Assembly (NCBI GenBank): GCA_036733285.1
Contig: DAINAU010000011.1
Coordinates: 1-41,188 of the forward strand
DNA: 41,188 nucleotides
Direction of reading: 5' to 3'
DNA from: a bacterium
Lineage (GTDB): Bacteria; JAGOBX01
Below, one piece after another: positions 18,952 through 28,486 of this stretch. Each line of letters opens with the position of its first letter. Within the stretch, counting starts at the first letter, position 1. Position numbers and translations under genes: made by a program. The notes below the pieces were generated by a model. It had not been told where the DNA came from. It saw nothing but the letters and a program-made list of their open reading frames with translations, and did no database searches.

Positions 18952-19848
18952 ATGAAAATTTCCGATTCGCTTAATCAAATTAATTTAAATCATAAAACTG
19001 TCGTTACTATCGGAGTGTTCGACGGAATTCATCTTGGACATTCGGAACTCATAAAAAAAGTTATAGACATTTCAAAAGAATCAGATTATAAATCCGCGGT
19101 TATCACTTTTCAGACAAACCCGAAATTAATATTTTCGTCCAACCGGTTATACTCGAAACAATTGATTTCGTTTGAAAAAAAAAAAGAAATTTTTGAAAAA
19201 TCCGGAGTGGATTATTTTATTAATTTTAATCCTGAAGAACGGATTTTCGAGTATAGCGCCGAAAAATTTATTGAAGAGATTTTGATAAAAAAATTAAACG
19301 CGGAGTATATTGTCATAGGTTATGATTTTAAATTCGGGAAAGAAAAAAAAGGAAATCTCGAACTTTTAAAAAAATATTTTAAAACAAGAGCTATAAGTTT
19401 AGATAAAGTTATTATCGACGGAATAACCGTATCGTCGACAAATATAAAAAAAAATCTATTAAACTATAATTTTGAGTTTGCCAATAAAATGCTCGGATAC
19501 AAATATTGTTTTTCGGGAATAATTAAAAAAGGCAAGGAACTTGGAAGAACTATAGGATTCCCGACTATAAATATCGAATATCCTGAAAATGTAATCGAAT
19601 TGCGCGGAATATTTGAAACGACCGCTGAAATTAAAGGCAAAAAATATAGAAGTATTTCTCACATAGGAGAAATACCCACGTTTAACAGGTCTGAAAAAAC
19701 AATCGAAACGTATATTTTAAATTTTAACGAAAACGTCTACGGCGAGAACGCCGTTATTTATCCGGAAAAATTTATCAGAGAAATAATAAAATTTAATTCT
19801 ATTGACGAATTAAAAAAACAAATTATAATGGATATTTGTAAAATTTAA
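18952..19848 (+). CDS. ribF: Bifunctional riboflavin kinase / FMN adenylyltransferase
   Basis: An N-terminal nucleotidyltransferase motif (TIGVFDGIHLGH) and a C-terminal riboflavin-kinase domain (…GFPTINIE…). Syntenic with truB and rpsO. Confidence 0.9.
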   Translation: MKISDSLNQINLNHKTVVTIGVFDGIHLGHSELIKKVIDISKESDYKSAVITFQTNPKLIFSSNRLYSKQLISFEKKKEIFEKSGVDYFINFNPEERIFEYSAEKFIEEILIKKLNAEYIVIGYDFKFGKEKKGNLELLKKYFKTRAISLDKVIIDGITVSSTNIKKNLLNYNFEFANKMLGYKYCFSGIIKKGKELGRTIGFPTINIEYPENVIELRGIFETTAEIKGKKYRSISHIGEIPTFNRSEKTIETYILNFNENVYGENAVIYPEKFIREIIKFNSIDELKKQIIMDICKI

Positions 19849-19892
19849 ATTAATTATTATTTATATGCGCTTTTGGAGGTGTAAAAAGTAAA

Positions 19893-20162
19893 ATGGTTTT
19901 GACAGTAGACGATAAAAAAAAGGTGATAACCGCATATCAGAAGAATGAGAAAGATACGGGTTCGCCTGAGGTTCAAATAGCTATTCTTACTTCAAGAATA
20001 AACTATTTAACCGAGCATTTAAAAGTTCATAACAAGGATTTTCATTCGAGACGCGGACTTTTAAAACTGGTTGGAAAACGCAGAAAGCTGTTGGATTATT
20101 TAAAAAGAAAAAATAACGAAAGTTATCATGAGTTAATTTCAAAACTTAATATAAGAAAATAA
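19893..20162 (+). CDS. rpsO: 30S ribosomal protein S15
   Basis: 89 aa; …[50 protein letters not shown]… is canonical S15. Confidence 0.95.
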   Translation: MVLTVDDKKKVITAYQKNEKDTGSPEVQIAILTSRINYLTEHLKVHNKDFHSRRGLLKLVGKRRKLLDYLKRKNNESYHELISKLNIRK

Positions 20163-20227
20163 GTTTTATTTAACCCAACGCAAAGTTCCCCTCCCCCGCT
20201 CAAATTTATTTAGGAGGTTTATATATT

Positions 20228-22315
20228 ATGTATAATCCAATTATTATTGAAAAAGAAATAGCCGGAAAAAAAATTACGATTGAAACCGGCAGAATGGCTA
20301 AACAGGCTCACGGTTCGGTATTGATAAGCTGCGGAGGGACTTCCGTATTATCTACCGTATGTTATATGACGAGCGAAGACGACGCGGTAAGAGATTTTTT
20401 TCCGTTGACCGTAAATTATATTGAAAAATATTATGCGGCGGGAAAATTCCCGGGCGGTTTTTTAAAACGCGAAGGAAAAGTATCCGATAGAGAAACTTTA
20501 ATAGCCCGCCTGACCGACAGACCGATGCGTCCTTTATTTCCAAAATCATTCAAATCAGAGGTTCAAATCATATCTACGGTAATATCGAGCGATTCAGAAA
20601 ACTCAGCCGACATATTGTCTATGATAGGGGCTTCTACCGCCGTATGTATTTCCGAGATACCGTTTAACGGACCCGTAGGCGCCGTGAAAATAGGAAGAGT
20701 AAACGGAGAGTTTGTTATCAATCCTTCTCAAGAACTCCTCGAAAAAAGCGATTTTGAAATAATCGTAGCCGGAACAAGCGACGCAATTATGATGGTTGAA
20801 GGCGTGGCAAATATAGTTCCCGAAGAAGATTTAGTCGCCGCGCTTGAATACGCGCATAAATGCATTAAACAGATTGTTGATATGCAGAATGAATTGGTTT
20901 CAAAATGCGGCAAACCGAAACTTGAATTGACCGCTTCGTCGATTCCCGCGGAATTTGAAAAAGAAATCCGCGATTTTTTAGGAACCGGAATGGAAGCGGC
21001 TTTGTTCATCAAGGCAAAAAAAGAAAGAGCAAAAGCCCTTGGCGAATTGCTAAAAGGAGCAAAAGAAAAATTCTCCGAAAGAATAACAGCCGACGCGAAT
21101 TATACGAAATATATTATGATTCTATTTGAAGAATTGGAATATGAAATTTTACGCGGCGCGATACTGGAACGCGGACAGCGCGTGGACGGAAGAGGATTAA
21201 CTGAAATAAGACCAATTACTTGCGAAGCTCCGGTTTTAAAAAACACTCACGGTTCAGCATTATTTACGCGCGGAGAAACTCAAAGTTTAGGGATAGTAAC
21301 TTTAGGAACTTCTCAGGATATGCAGAATTTCGATTCTATAGAAGGTTCGGGTTCGCAGCGTTTTACTTTACATTATAATTTTCCACCGTTTTCAGTCGGC
21401 GAAGTAAAAAGAATCGGGTCGCCGGGAAGACGCGAAATCGGTCATGGCAATCTTGCAAAAAGAGCGCTTGAAGGCGTGCTTCCAAGTTTCGACGAATTTC
21501 CTTACGCAATCCGCGTAGTGTCAGAAATTCTCGAATCAAACGGTTCGTCTTCGCAAGCTTCGGTATGCTCCGGATGTTTGTGTTTAATGGACGCGGGCGT
21601 TCCTATAAAAGCTCCGGTAGCGGGAATCGCAATGGGTTTAATCAAAAAAGGCGACAATTATAAGGTATTGTCGGATATACTGGGCGCCGAAGATCATCTC
21701 GGAGATATGGATTTTAAAATAGCCGGAACAATAGACGGAGTTACGGCGATTCAAATGGATATCAAAATCGCAGGTTTGACTTTTGATATTATGAGAACCG
21801 CTTTAAATCAGGCAAAAGCAGGCAGACTTCATATTATTAACGAGATGAGCAAATGTCTTTCAAGTCCAAGACCGGAACTTTCTCCTAACGCTCCTAAAAT
21901 CACTCAAATGCAGATAGACGTGGATAAAATCAAGGATTTAATCGGACCTGGCGGAAAGAATATACGCGGTATCACTGAAAAAACAGGCGTTAAAATCGAT
22001 ATTCAGGAAAATGGAATGGTCAATATAGCGGGCAGCGATCAGCAGAAAGTTCAGGAAGCCATCAAGATGATAAAGGGCGCGGTTAAAGACGTTGAAATCG
22101 GAGCCGTATATGACGGCGTTGCGAAACGCGTTGAAAATTTCGGAGTGTTTGTTGAAATTATGCCTGGATGCGAAGGACTCGTTCACGTGTCCGAACTACA
22201 GAACGGTTTTGTTAAAAACGCGGCCGACGTCGTTAAAGTCGGAGACGCGATGAAAGTCCGTCTTCTTGAAATCGACAGACAGGGCAGACTTAACCTAAGC
22301 AAAAAAAGAGTTTAA
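20228..22315 (+). CDS. pnp: Polyribonucleotide nucleotidyltransferase (PNPase)
   Basis: 695 aa; two RNase PH domains, a KH domain (…IDVDKIKDLIGPGGKNIRGI…) and an S1 domain (…GAVYDGVAKRVENFGVFVEI…). Follows rpsO as in most bacteria. Confidence 0.95.
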   Translation: MYNPIIIEKEIAGKKITIETGRMAKQAHGSVLISCGGTSVLSTVCYMTSEDDAVRDFFPLTVNYIEKYYAAGKFPGGFLKREGKVSDRETLIARLTDRPMRPLFPKSFKSEVQIISTVISSDSENSADILSMIGASTAVCISEIPFNGPVGAVKIGRVNGEFVINPSQELLEKSDFEIIVAGTSDAIMMVEGVANIVPEEDLVAALEYAHKCIKQIVDMQNELVSKCGKPKLELTASSIPAEFEKEIRDFLGTGMEAALFIKAKKERAKALGELLKGAKEKFSERITADANYTKYIMILFEELEYEILRGAILERGQRVDGRGLTEIRPITCEAPVLKNTHGSALFTRGETQSLGIVTLGTSQDMQNFDSIEGSGSQRFTLHYNFPPFSVGEVKRIGSPGRREIGHGNLAKRALEGVLPSFDEFPYAIRVVSEILESNGSSSQASVCSGCLCLMDAGVPIKAPVAGIAMGLIKKGDNYKVLSDILGAEDHLGDMDFKIAGTIDGVTAIQMDIKIAGLTFDIMRTALNQAKAGRLHIINEMSKCLSSPRPELSPNAPKITQMQIDVDKIKDLIGPGGKNIRGITEKTGVKIDIQENGMVNIAGSDQQKVQEAIKMIKGAVKDVEIGAVYDGVAKRVENFGVFVEIMPGCEGLVHVSELQNGFVKNAADVVKVGDAMKVRLLEIDRQGRLNLSKKRV

Positions 22316-22334
22316 GTTTATAATTTTTTTTAGC

Positions 22335-22400
22335 GGAGTCCGCGATTTTTACAGATTGTTTTTACAATCGAATAAAAATTGCGGACTTTATTTTTTGGGG
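22335..22400 (+). terminator. Rho-independent terminator of the rpsO-pnp operon
   Basis: A long imperfect stem, agtccgcgattttt … aaaaattgcggact (13 bp with 1 mismatch), with the inner palindrome ttgtttttacaa, followed by ttattttttgggg. Confidence 0.6.
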
Positions 22401-22477
22401 CTTTTGACTCTCCAATTAATTGCAATTAAAAATATAAAATTGCAGATGCGGGCATTAGCTTGTTGACGACAGTTATT

Positions 22478-22706
22478 CAACCGGATTAATGCATTAGATG
22501 TAAAATGAAGTTTTTCAAAACATAGATGTAATATTGCGATTGAAAATCGCAATTTATATTAAAACTTCTAAAAACCCGAAAACTTTTTAAATTTACGGCG
22601 TTAGCCGTAAATCATATGTTTTTAATATTTTGAAAAATTGTCTGAAACAAGTATTCTATGCTGTCTGAACAATTTTTCAAAATCCTTATGCAGTTTTCGG
22701 GTTTAA
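22478..22706 (+). repeat. Repeat family B copy 2, in the 5' leader of manA, same orientation as copy 1
   Basis: Same conserved blocks and nested helices as 5181-5362. It carries two extra perfect hairpins, attgcgatt-gaa-aatcgcaat and atttacggc-gtta-gccgtaaat, inserted at positions where copy 1 has short linkers. Confidence 0.8.
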
Positions 22707-22748
22707 ACGCATTAAAAAATTTATAAAAATTCTATATACAAAAAGTTT

Positions 22749-23729
22749 ATGCCGAATTTCATTTCTTATCCGATAAAATTTTTTCCGATTTTCAAAGAAA
22801 ACGTTTGGGGCGGAAAAAATTTAAAAAATATATTGAATAAAAACCTGCCAAAAAATAAAAATATCGGAGAATCCTGGGAAATATCCACAGTAAAAAATAA
22901 TGTCAGCGTAATTTCAAACGGAAAATACAAAAGTTTACCGCTTCTCGAACTCGTCAGAAAATATCCGGTAGAATTGCTCGGATACAAATATAAAAATCAT
23001 AAAGAATTTCCTCTGCTCTATAAATTCTTGGACGCATCCGAAAACTTATCGGTTCAAACCCATCCGGATAATATTAGTTCCGGCAACAACAAATCGCTTT
23101 GCGGCAAATCAGAATGCTGGCATATTATTAATACTTCAAATAATAAAATCATACTTGGAGTCAATGAAAAATTTAATTTGAACAAGATTAAGAAACTAAT
23201 CAAATCCAACGACTTTGATTCTGTGTTGAATTACCGGAAAATAAAAAACGGCGATACTATTTATGTTCCTGCGGGAACAGTTCACGCGGTTTTAAAAGGA
23301 ACTTTAATCGCCGAGATTCAACAACCCTCAGATATAACCTATAGATTTTTTGACTGGAACCGGAATTTGCCGGAAAGACCCTTGCAAATTGGACAGTGTC
23401 TGAAATCAATCAAAAAAACAAGATTTAAAAATTTGACGCCGGCTCCAAAAGTCATTTTAAAAAATGACAATTTTGAAATAACCCGTTTATTAAAAAATAA
23501 ATTGTTCAACATAAACTTGGCCGTTTTTCAAAACGAATGTATTCTTGAAAATCTCAAAGACAGTTTTAGAATATTGTCGAATATAAGCCGCGATTGTAAA
23601 ATCCGTTTTTCTTCAGGAAAAAAAACTTACGGGTTTAGAAAAGGAGAAACGGTTTTAATACCTGCCGCCGTAAGCGGAAATTTAATTTTAAATTCATCCG
23701 GACAAACAAGAATATTGGATATTTCTTGA
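22749..23729 (+). CDS. manA: Mannose-6-phosphate isomerase, class I (cupin type)
   Basis: Matches to Bacillus-type ManA along the whole length: FKENVWGG, GESWEIS, FPLLYKFLD, SVQTHPDN, GKSECWHII, GDTIYVPAGTVHAV, IAEIQQPSDITYRFFDW. Confidence 0.85.
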   Translation: MPNFISYPIKFFPIFKENVWGGKNLKNILNKNLPKNKNIGESWEISTVKNNVSVISNGKYKSLPLLELVRKYPVELLGYKYKNHKEFPLLYKFLDASENLSVQTHPDNISSGNNKSLCGKSECWHIINTSNNKIILGVNEKFNLNKIKKLIKSNDFDSVLNYRKIKNGDTIYVPAGTVHAVLKGTLIAEIQQPSDITYRFFDWNRNLPERPLQIGQCLKSIKKTRFKNLTPAPKVILKNDNFEITRLLKNKLFNINLAVFQNECILENLKDSFRILSNISRDCKIRFSSGKKTYGFRKGETVLIPAAVSGNLILNSSGQTRILDIS

Positions 23730-23777
23730 TAGTAAAATAGAAATCAAATATTTTTTAATCTCATATTTTTATCCGGC

Positions 23778-24344
23778 TTATGATAAAGGTTCAATATAAG
23801 TAAAAGGAAAATCCACGGTTTGTTGTCCAAGAAAATTAAGCTGAACGCTTATTCTAAATTTACGCCAGTTTATTTTTACTATTTTGCTTATTTCATCTTT
23901 AAAAGGCCCAGCGATAAGTTTGACTTCATTCCCAACTTTCATTCCCACGGTATAATCGACAAAATCTTCTTTATTCAGCCATGTCATAACTTTTTCAATT
24001 TCTTTTCTTTCAAGAAAAATAGGTTTAAGAGTTTCGCTGTCTCTGAGAATTTTTATTAAACCTATGTTTTTTAATCTTAACATTTCTATATTGTCGATAA
24101 TTGAATCAACGTTTTTAATTTTTTCAATTAAAATAAACATATAACCCGGAAACAGTATTTTTAAAGTTTCCTTATATTCGTGTTTTCGTCTTTCAAGCAT
24201 TTTTTTTTTAGGAAGTTTTACAATTAATTCGTCTTTAAAATCCTCTTCAATGCAGAATTTTATTAATTCTTCTTTGCCGGTTATGACGTTTAACACATAC
24301 CAATAATAATTATCAACCAAATTAATTTCCATAAAATTTTCCAA
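23778..24344 (-). CDS. NusG-family transcription antitermination paralog (LoaP/UpxY/RfaH-like specialised NusG)
   Basis: An NGN domain (WYVLNVITGKE…LFPGYMFI) and a KOW motif (VKLIAGPFKDEISKIVKIN). 188 aa. It is not in a secE-nusG-rplK context and is the last gene of a minus-strand operon. Confidence 0.7.
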   Translation of the reverse strand: MENFMEINLVDNYYWYVLNVITGKEELIKFCIEEDFKDELIVKLPKKKMLERRKHEYKETLKILFPGYMFILIEKIKNVDSIIDNIEMLRLKNIGLIKILRDSETLKPIFLERKEIEKVMTWLNKEDFVDYTVGMKVGNEVKLIAGPFKDEISKIVKINWRKFRISVQLNFLGQQTVDFPFTYIEPLS

Positions 24345-24353
24345 AGTTTAAAA

Positions 24354-25601
24354 TTATCCGGATAATTTGTTTATTCGTTTGATTACAGACGGATGACTGT
24401 AATAAAAACTTTCATACGCGGGATGCGGATTGATGTTCGCACAATCGTTAATTATGAATTTTTTAAAAGACGATATTAACGGAACAGCGGAATTCATTGC
24501 GGTTTTTGAATATTTATCCGCGTCAAATTCGAATTTTCTCGATAGTCTGCTTGTAAGGGGCTGAACAAAATAAAAAATATTCTCGAAAAAAAAACCGGCA
24601 AACAGCAGTCCCGCAAAGAAAATTCTATTTATCCCCATAGAATTATAAGCAAAATCCGAAGATAACAAATAAAGTATAAAAGTTATAAATATAAAAAGAA
24701 CGGCGATAGAAAGAATCATTTGAATAAGTATATGTTTTTTTTTAGCGTGACCGATCTCGTGAGCAAGGACGGAAAGGATTTCATCGTCCGAATACTTGCC
24801 GTCGAGCATCGTGTCGAATATAATTATTTTTTTACTTTTTCCGAATCCTGAAAAACCGGCGTTAGCATGCGTTGATCTTAAGCTGGCGTCAACCGAATAA
24901 ATTCCTTTGATTTTAAAATTTAATTTATTTAATAACGCGTTGATTTTTTCAGTTAACGAATTGGATTCTATGGGTTTTATTTTGTAAAAAAAAGGAATGA
25001 TTATAACCGGAACAAGAAAAGTGAATAATATCAAGAGACAAGATATTATTATCCAGCCAGTAACCGCGTATTTCCATTTAAATTCGTTCAATTCGCCTCC
25101 GGTAAGATATAAAACCAAACTTAAAATAATTGATATTAGAATTATTTGAAGAGCTAAATTTTTTAAATTGTCTATAAACCATTTTTTTAAAGTATATTTA
25201 TTGAATCCGTATTTTTCTTCTATTGCAAAACTCGAATAATAGGACAACGGCAAATCGAAAAAACTATCAGCGATAATAAGTATGTAAAAAAAGATTAATC
25301 CTTTTAAAACGTAATGCAATTGAAGCGAATTAATCAGATTGACATATAAAACAAATAGCGGAGAAAACAAAAAAATAAACGCCAACACAATATCCAATGA
25401 ATCCGAAAAAATGGTAAATTTCATTTTTTCTTCGTTGTATTTTAAAGATTTTTCGCTTGTTTCGGATTTAACCGCGTCTAAAATTTCTTCGGGAATTGTT
25501 GCGGAAGCGCTTTTTAAATGTTTCAAATTTAAAATATTTAAAAATATATGAACCGCTGATTTTATTAAAAAAATTATTATAAAAAATAATTTAAAATCCA
25601 A
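24354..25601 (-). CDS. M48-family (Ste24/HtpX-like) integral-membrane zinc metalloprotease
   Basis: Multiple TM helices and an HEIGHAKKKH (HExxH) zinc-binding motif, followed by a downstream Glu-containing helix. 415 aa. Confidence 0.7.
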   Translation of the reverse strand: MDFKLFFIIIFLIKSAVHIFLNILNLKHLKSASATIPEEILDAVKSETSEKSLKYNEEKMKFTIFSDSLDIVLAFIFLFSPLFVLYVNLINSLQLHYVLKGLIFFYILIIADSFFDLPLSYYSSFAIEEKYGFNKYTLKKWFIDNLKNLALQIILISIILSLVLYLTGGELNEFKWKYAVTGWIIISCLLILFTFLVPVIIIPFFYKIKPIESNSLTEKINALLNKLNFKIKGIYSVDASLRSTHANAGFSGFGKSKKIIIFDTMLDGKYSDDEILSVLAHEIGHAKKKHILIQMILSIAVLFIFITFILYLLSSDFAYNSMGINRIFFAGLLFAGFFFENIFYFVQPLTSRLSRKFEFDADKYSKTAMNSAVPLISSFKKFIINDCANINPHPAYESFYYSHPSVIKRINKLSG

Positions 25602-25607
25602 ATATGT

Positions 25608-25898
25608 TTAACCTTCTTTATACACCGGCGATACGAAGTATCTAATTTTATTTTTCAATTCGGCGTTTTTTGATATTAAATTATCGAATAATTTTTCAAA
25701 TCCCGATAATTCCGATTCGTCTAAAGTGATAATCAAACCAATGCTTTTTTGCGGGCGGAGTTTATTGTCGGCAACGTCGAAATTCACGAAATCTATGTTG
25801 TCTGTAAATATATAATCGTTAATATTAGACTCGTCAAGAAATTTTTCCACCGTTTCCTGATATAAAGAACTATACCGCATCAATAAACAATATCTCAT
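25608..25898 (-). CDS. Hypothetical protein, 96 aa
   Basis: Tightly packed between the PilZ gene (ATGA-type overlap at 25895-25898) and the M48 protease gene. No recognisable motif. Confidence 0.4.
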   Translation of the reverse strand: MRYCLLMRYSSLYQETVEKFLDESNINDYIFTDNIDFVNFDVADNKLRPQKSIGLIITLDESELSGFEKLFDNLISKNAELKNKIRYFVSPVYKEG

Positions 25899-26311
25899 TT
25901 GCCTTTAAACCATAAACCGAATATTTTTGTTAAAAAGTTTTTTTCTCCGAATTTTTTTAAGAAATTTCGTATTGCCGACAATTCTCCGTCTCCGATTTTT
26001 TCAAAATAAATTCCGGCGTAATACTCCTTATTGTTTTCGGCGATTCTAATTTCTTTTCTAATAATTATTCCTTCGAAAAAAATTTCCGAAAAAATGTCCT
26101 GATTTTTTAAATTTTCGGGTATTTTAAGAATTCCGCGAAACCGTTCGAATAATTCAATGTCTTCGGGAATTTTTATAAAAGCGCCGCGTTCGCTTAAATT
26201 GATTGTTTCGACGCTAAAATTTTTAAAAGAACCGTTTATGGATTCCGCGTAGAATTTTATATGCAAATCATAGCGTTTATGCTTTCTTCTATCAGAAAAA
26301 TTATTCGTCAT
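25895..26311 (-). CDS. PilZ-domain protein (putative c-di-GMP receptor)
   Basis: RRKHKRY (RxxxR) and NLSERGAF (D/NxSxxG) motifs with PilZ spacing. I place the start at the internal Met (MTNNFSD), which forms an ATGA overlap with the upstream gene's TGA; the annotated ORF start 26350 would overlap it by 43 nt. Confidence 0.6.
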   Translation of the reverse strand: MTNNFSDRRKHKRYDLHIKFYAESINGSFKNFSVETINLSERGAFIKIPEDIELFERFRGILKIPENLKNQDIFSEIFFEGIIIRKEIRIAENNKEYYAGIYFEKIGDGELSAIRNFLKKFGEKNFLTKIFGLWFKGK

Positions 26312-28377
26312 TTTTGAGGTAAAATTTGTTTTTTCAGCATTCTCGACCAATAATATATCTGCCGCTCGACTTTGCTGTTTAAATTAGCGCTTTTCAAAAC
26401 CAAATCAAAATATTTAACCGCCTCATCGTTATTTTTTAAATTTTGAAAATTGATTAAAGCAGCCATATACAGAGCTTCCACATTATTAGGTTCAGATTTT
26501 AAAACTTCTTCAATTTGCGGAAGCAATTGAACTTTGTCAATTTTATTTGAATTATATTGTTTTACTATAGTCGCGTATTTTGGGCTGTATTCTCTACTTG
26601 CCATGTCGTTTATAAGATTATCGTCTGAAACCGCAGGACGCGCAGGTTTCCGGACTTCCTTAGGTTCGGGTTTTTCTTCAACAGGTTCGGATTTCCTTTT
26701 TTCAACTTTTTTAGGCGCGGGTTTCGGCGCTTCTTCCGCTTCTTCAGAATCCTCGTCTTCGCTTTCTTCTTTAGCCGCAGGTTCGGGTTTCTTTTTTTCT
26801 TCAGGTTTTTTCGCTTCTTTTTTTGGCGGTTCGGCTTTTTTTACCGGAGGTTGTTTTGGACTTTCTTCCTCGTCTTGTTCTTCGCCTTCGTCTTCTGCCG
26901 CTTGTTTATTGGCTGATTCCTTAATACTCTTTTTTTCTTCAGCCGGTTTTCCGTCTTCTTCGGATTCAGGAGTTTCCACCGCTGCGATTTCAGTTTTTGC
27001 AGGGGACATAATTGCAGTCATTATTTTCGCAAATATCATTTCGCCGGCTAATTTTAAATCTTTTTCATTAATTTTTAAAACCTGTTTGGCGAGTTTTCCC
27101 GAACTTACCGCTTTATTAAAATCTTCGTTAGTTTTCTTTTTATATTTTTCAGTTCCGGTTATGATGAAATCATTCTCGCCGTATTCGGCATTAATTGCAA
27201 AATCTGAAATTTGCAAAGTTAATTTGCCGATTCCCTCTATATTTTTTTCATAATTTATTCCGCTGAATTTTTTTTCCTCGTTATATGACAAATTTATTAT
27301 TTCGTTCGCATTTTCCGCTTCTATCTTTAATGATTCGACTAATCCTTCGTTATAGTTTAAAGACAATGAACTGTTTTTAGGTTCCGCGTCTTTTTCGGTT
27401 TCCAGCGTTGAAATTTTATTAATATTGCCGGATTCTCCGTATTCAAAAGTCGATACAATAGAAACCGGTTGATTTGTTTTAAAATTTTTTCCGGAAATTT
27501 CTATTTTTTCAATTGTAAAACTTTTTTTGTGAACAAATAAAATTATTGATTCCGGAGAATTGCCGGATTTATTTTTAGGCGTTAAAATAATTTTTACGTT
27601 TTGCGGCTCGCCTTTTTCTCTTGTGATTTCAAAGTTTTCCTTTATTTTATCAATTACTTTTTTATCTTTGGAACCTTCGTTTCCAGTTGTTTTTGGTTCG
27701 GCCGGCTGATTTTCCGGTTTCGCCTGTTCTTCAGAAACCTTTTTTTCGCCGTTTTCTTCATCTTTAGATTCTTCATCGCCGGATTCTTCGTCTTTATTTT
27801 CATTTTTTAATTCTGGTTCGCCCTTTGAGTTATTCATTGAAAAAGACGGAATCGGAAAAGGCAGCGTTTTAGCAAATTCTCCCGCAGACGCCGAATAAAT
27901 TTCTTTTAAATCGGGAAAACATACATTTGCCAATTCGTTAAAGGAAGAAATTTGAATTTTTTTAGAAACAACCGATTCCATCGCCAATAAAAAATTATTA
28001 TTTTTTTTGTCCGCGGTTAAACCCAAATTCAAATCGACATTTTTAAATTTTTGTAAGGGTTTGGGAAGTTCTTTTAAAAACTCATCTGTAAATTCGATAT
28101 TGGTTTTTAAGATAAATTTTAAAGACGTTAGTTCGCTAAATTCTTCAAGTCCAAAACTTTTTAGGGATGGCTCGAATATTTTTTCAAAAGCTTTTTCAAA
28201 AACTTTTTCCGGCGGCATTTGCTCGGCGGGAGCTTTCTGCGGCTGTTGCGGAGTTAAATTCGCCTCTTTTTTCTCTTCTCCCGTAAATAAGCCGATTATG
28301 GTATCCATATAGAAGAAACCTGCGCCGCCTATAACCAACAGTAAAACGACAGATAAAATGATTATTTTTTTATTCAT
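26308..28377 (-). CDS. Membrane-anchored protein with a long Lys/Glu/Pro-rich low-complexity region and a C-terminal TPR-like domain
   Basis: An N-terminal TM helix (IIILSVVLLLVIGGAGFFY); a central KE/PEPK-rich region of about 130 aa; and a C-terminal helical repeat (ALYMAALINFQNLKNNDEAVKYFDLVLK). The plus-strand ORF 26534-27253 inside it is low-complexity noise. Confidence 0.6.
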   Translation of the reverse strand: MNKKIIILSVVLLLVIGGAGFFYMDTIIGLFTGEEKKEANLTPQQPQKAPAEQMPPEKVFEKAFEKIFEPSLKSFGLEEFSELTSLKFILKTNIEFTDEFLKELPKPLQKFKNVDLNLGLTADKKNNNFLLAMESVVSKKIQISSFNELANVCFPDLKEIYSASAGEFAKTLPFPIPSFSMNNSKGEPELKNENKDEESGDEESKDEENGEKKVSEEQAKPENQPAEPKTTGNEGSKDKKVIDKIKENFEITREKGEPQNVKIILTPKNKSGNSPESIILFVHKKSFTIEKIEISGKNFKTNQPVSIVSTFEYGESGNINKISTLETEKDAEPKNSSLSLNYNEGLVESLKIEAENANEIINLSYNEEKKFSGINYEKNIEGIGKLTLQISDFAINAEYGENDFIITGTEKYKKKTNEDFNKAVSSGKLAKQVLKINEKDLKLAGEMIFAKIMTAIMSPAKTEIAAVETPESEEDGKPAEEKKSIKESANKQAAEDEGEEQDEEESPKQPPVKKAEPPKKEAKKPEEKKKPEPAAKEESEDEDSEEAEEAPKPAPKKVEKRKSEPVEEKPEPKEVRKPARPAVSDDNLINDMASREYSPKYATIVKQYNSNKIDKVQLLPQIEEVLKSEPNNVEALYMAALINFQNLKNNDEAVKYFDLVLKSANLNSKVERQIYYWSRMLKKQILPQK

Positions 28378-28486
28378 TATTTATTCATCTCCGGAAACAG
28401 TTTGAATTTCAAAAATTTTATATTTACAAATAATAAAAGTCAAATATAAATTGATTTTTTTTTAACTGCAAATAAAATGAAAAGCT

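Noticed and set aside
26534-27253. 239-aa plus-strand ORF inside the KE-rich membrane-protein gene
   Set aside because: Ser/Gly/Phe low-complexity antisense translation of the KE-rich coding repeat; an artefact.
28378-28486. glmS ribozyme upstream of the glmS operon
   Set aside because: glmS is translationally coupled to the upstream kinase and has no leader. The 108-bp region before the operon is too short and lacks the conserved glmS-ribozyme core.
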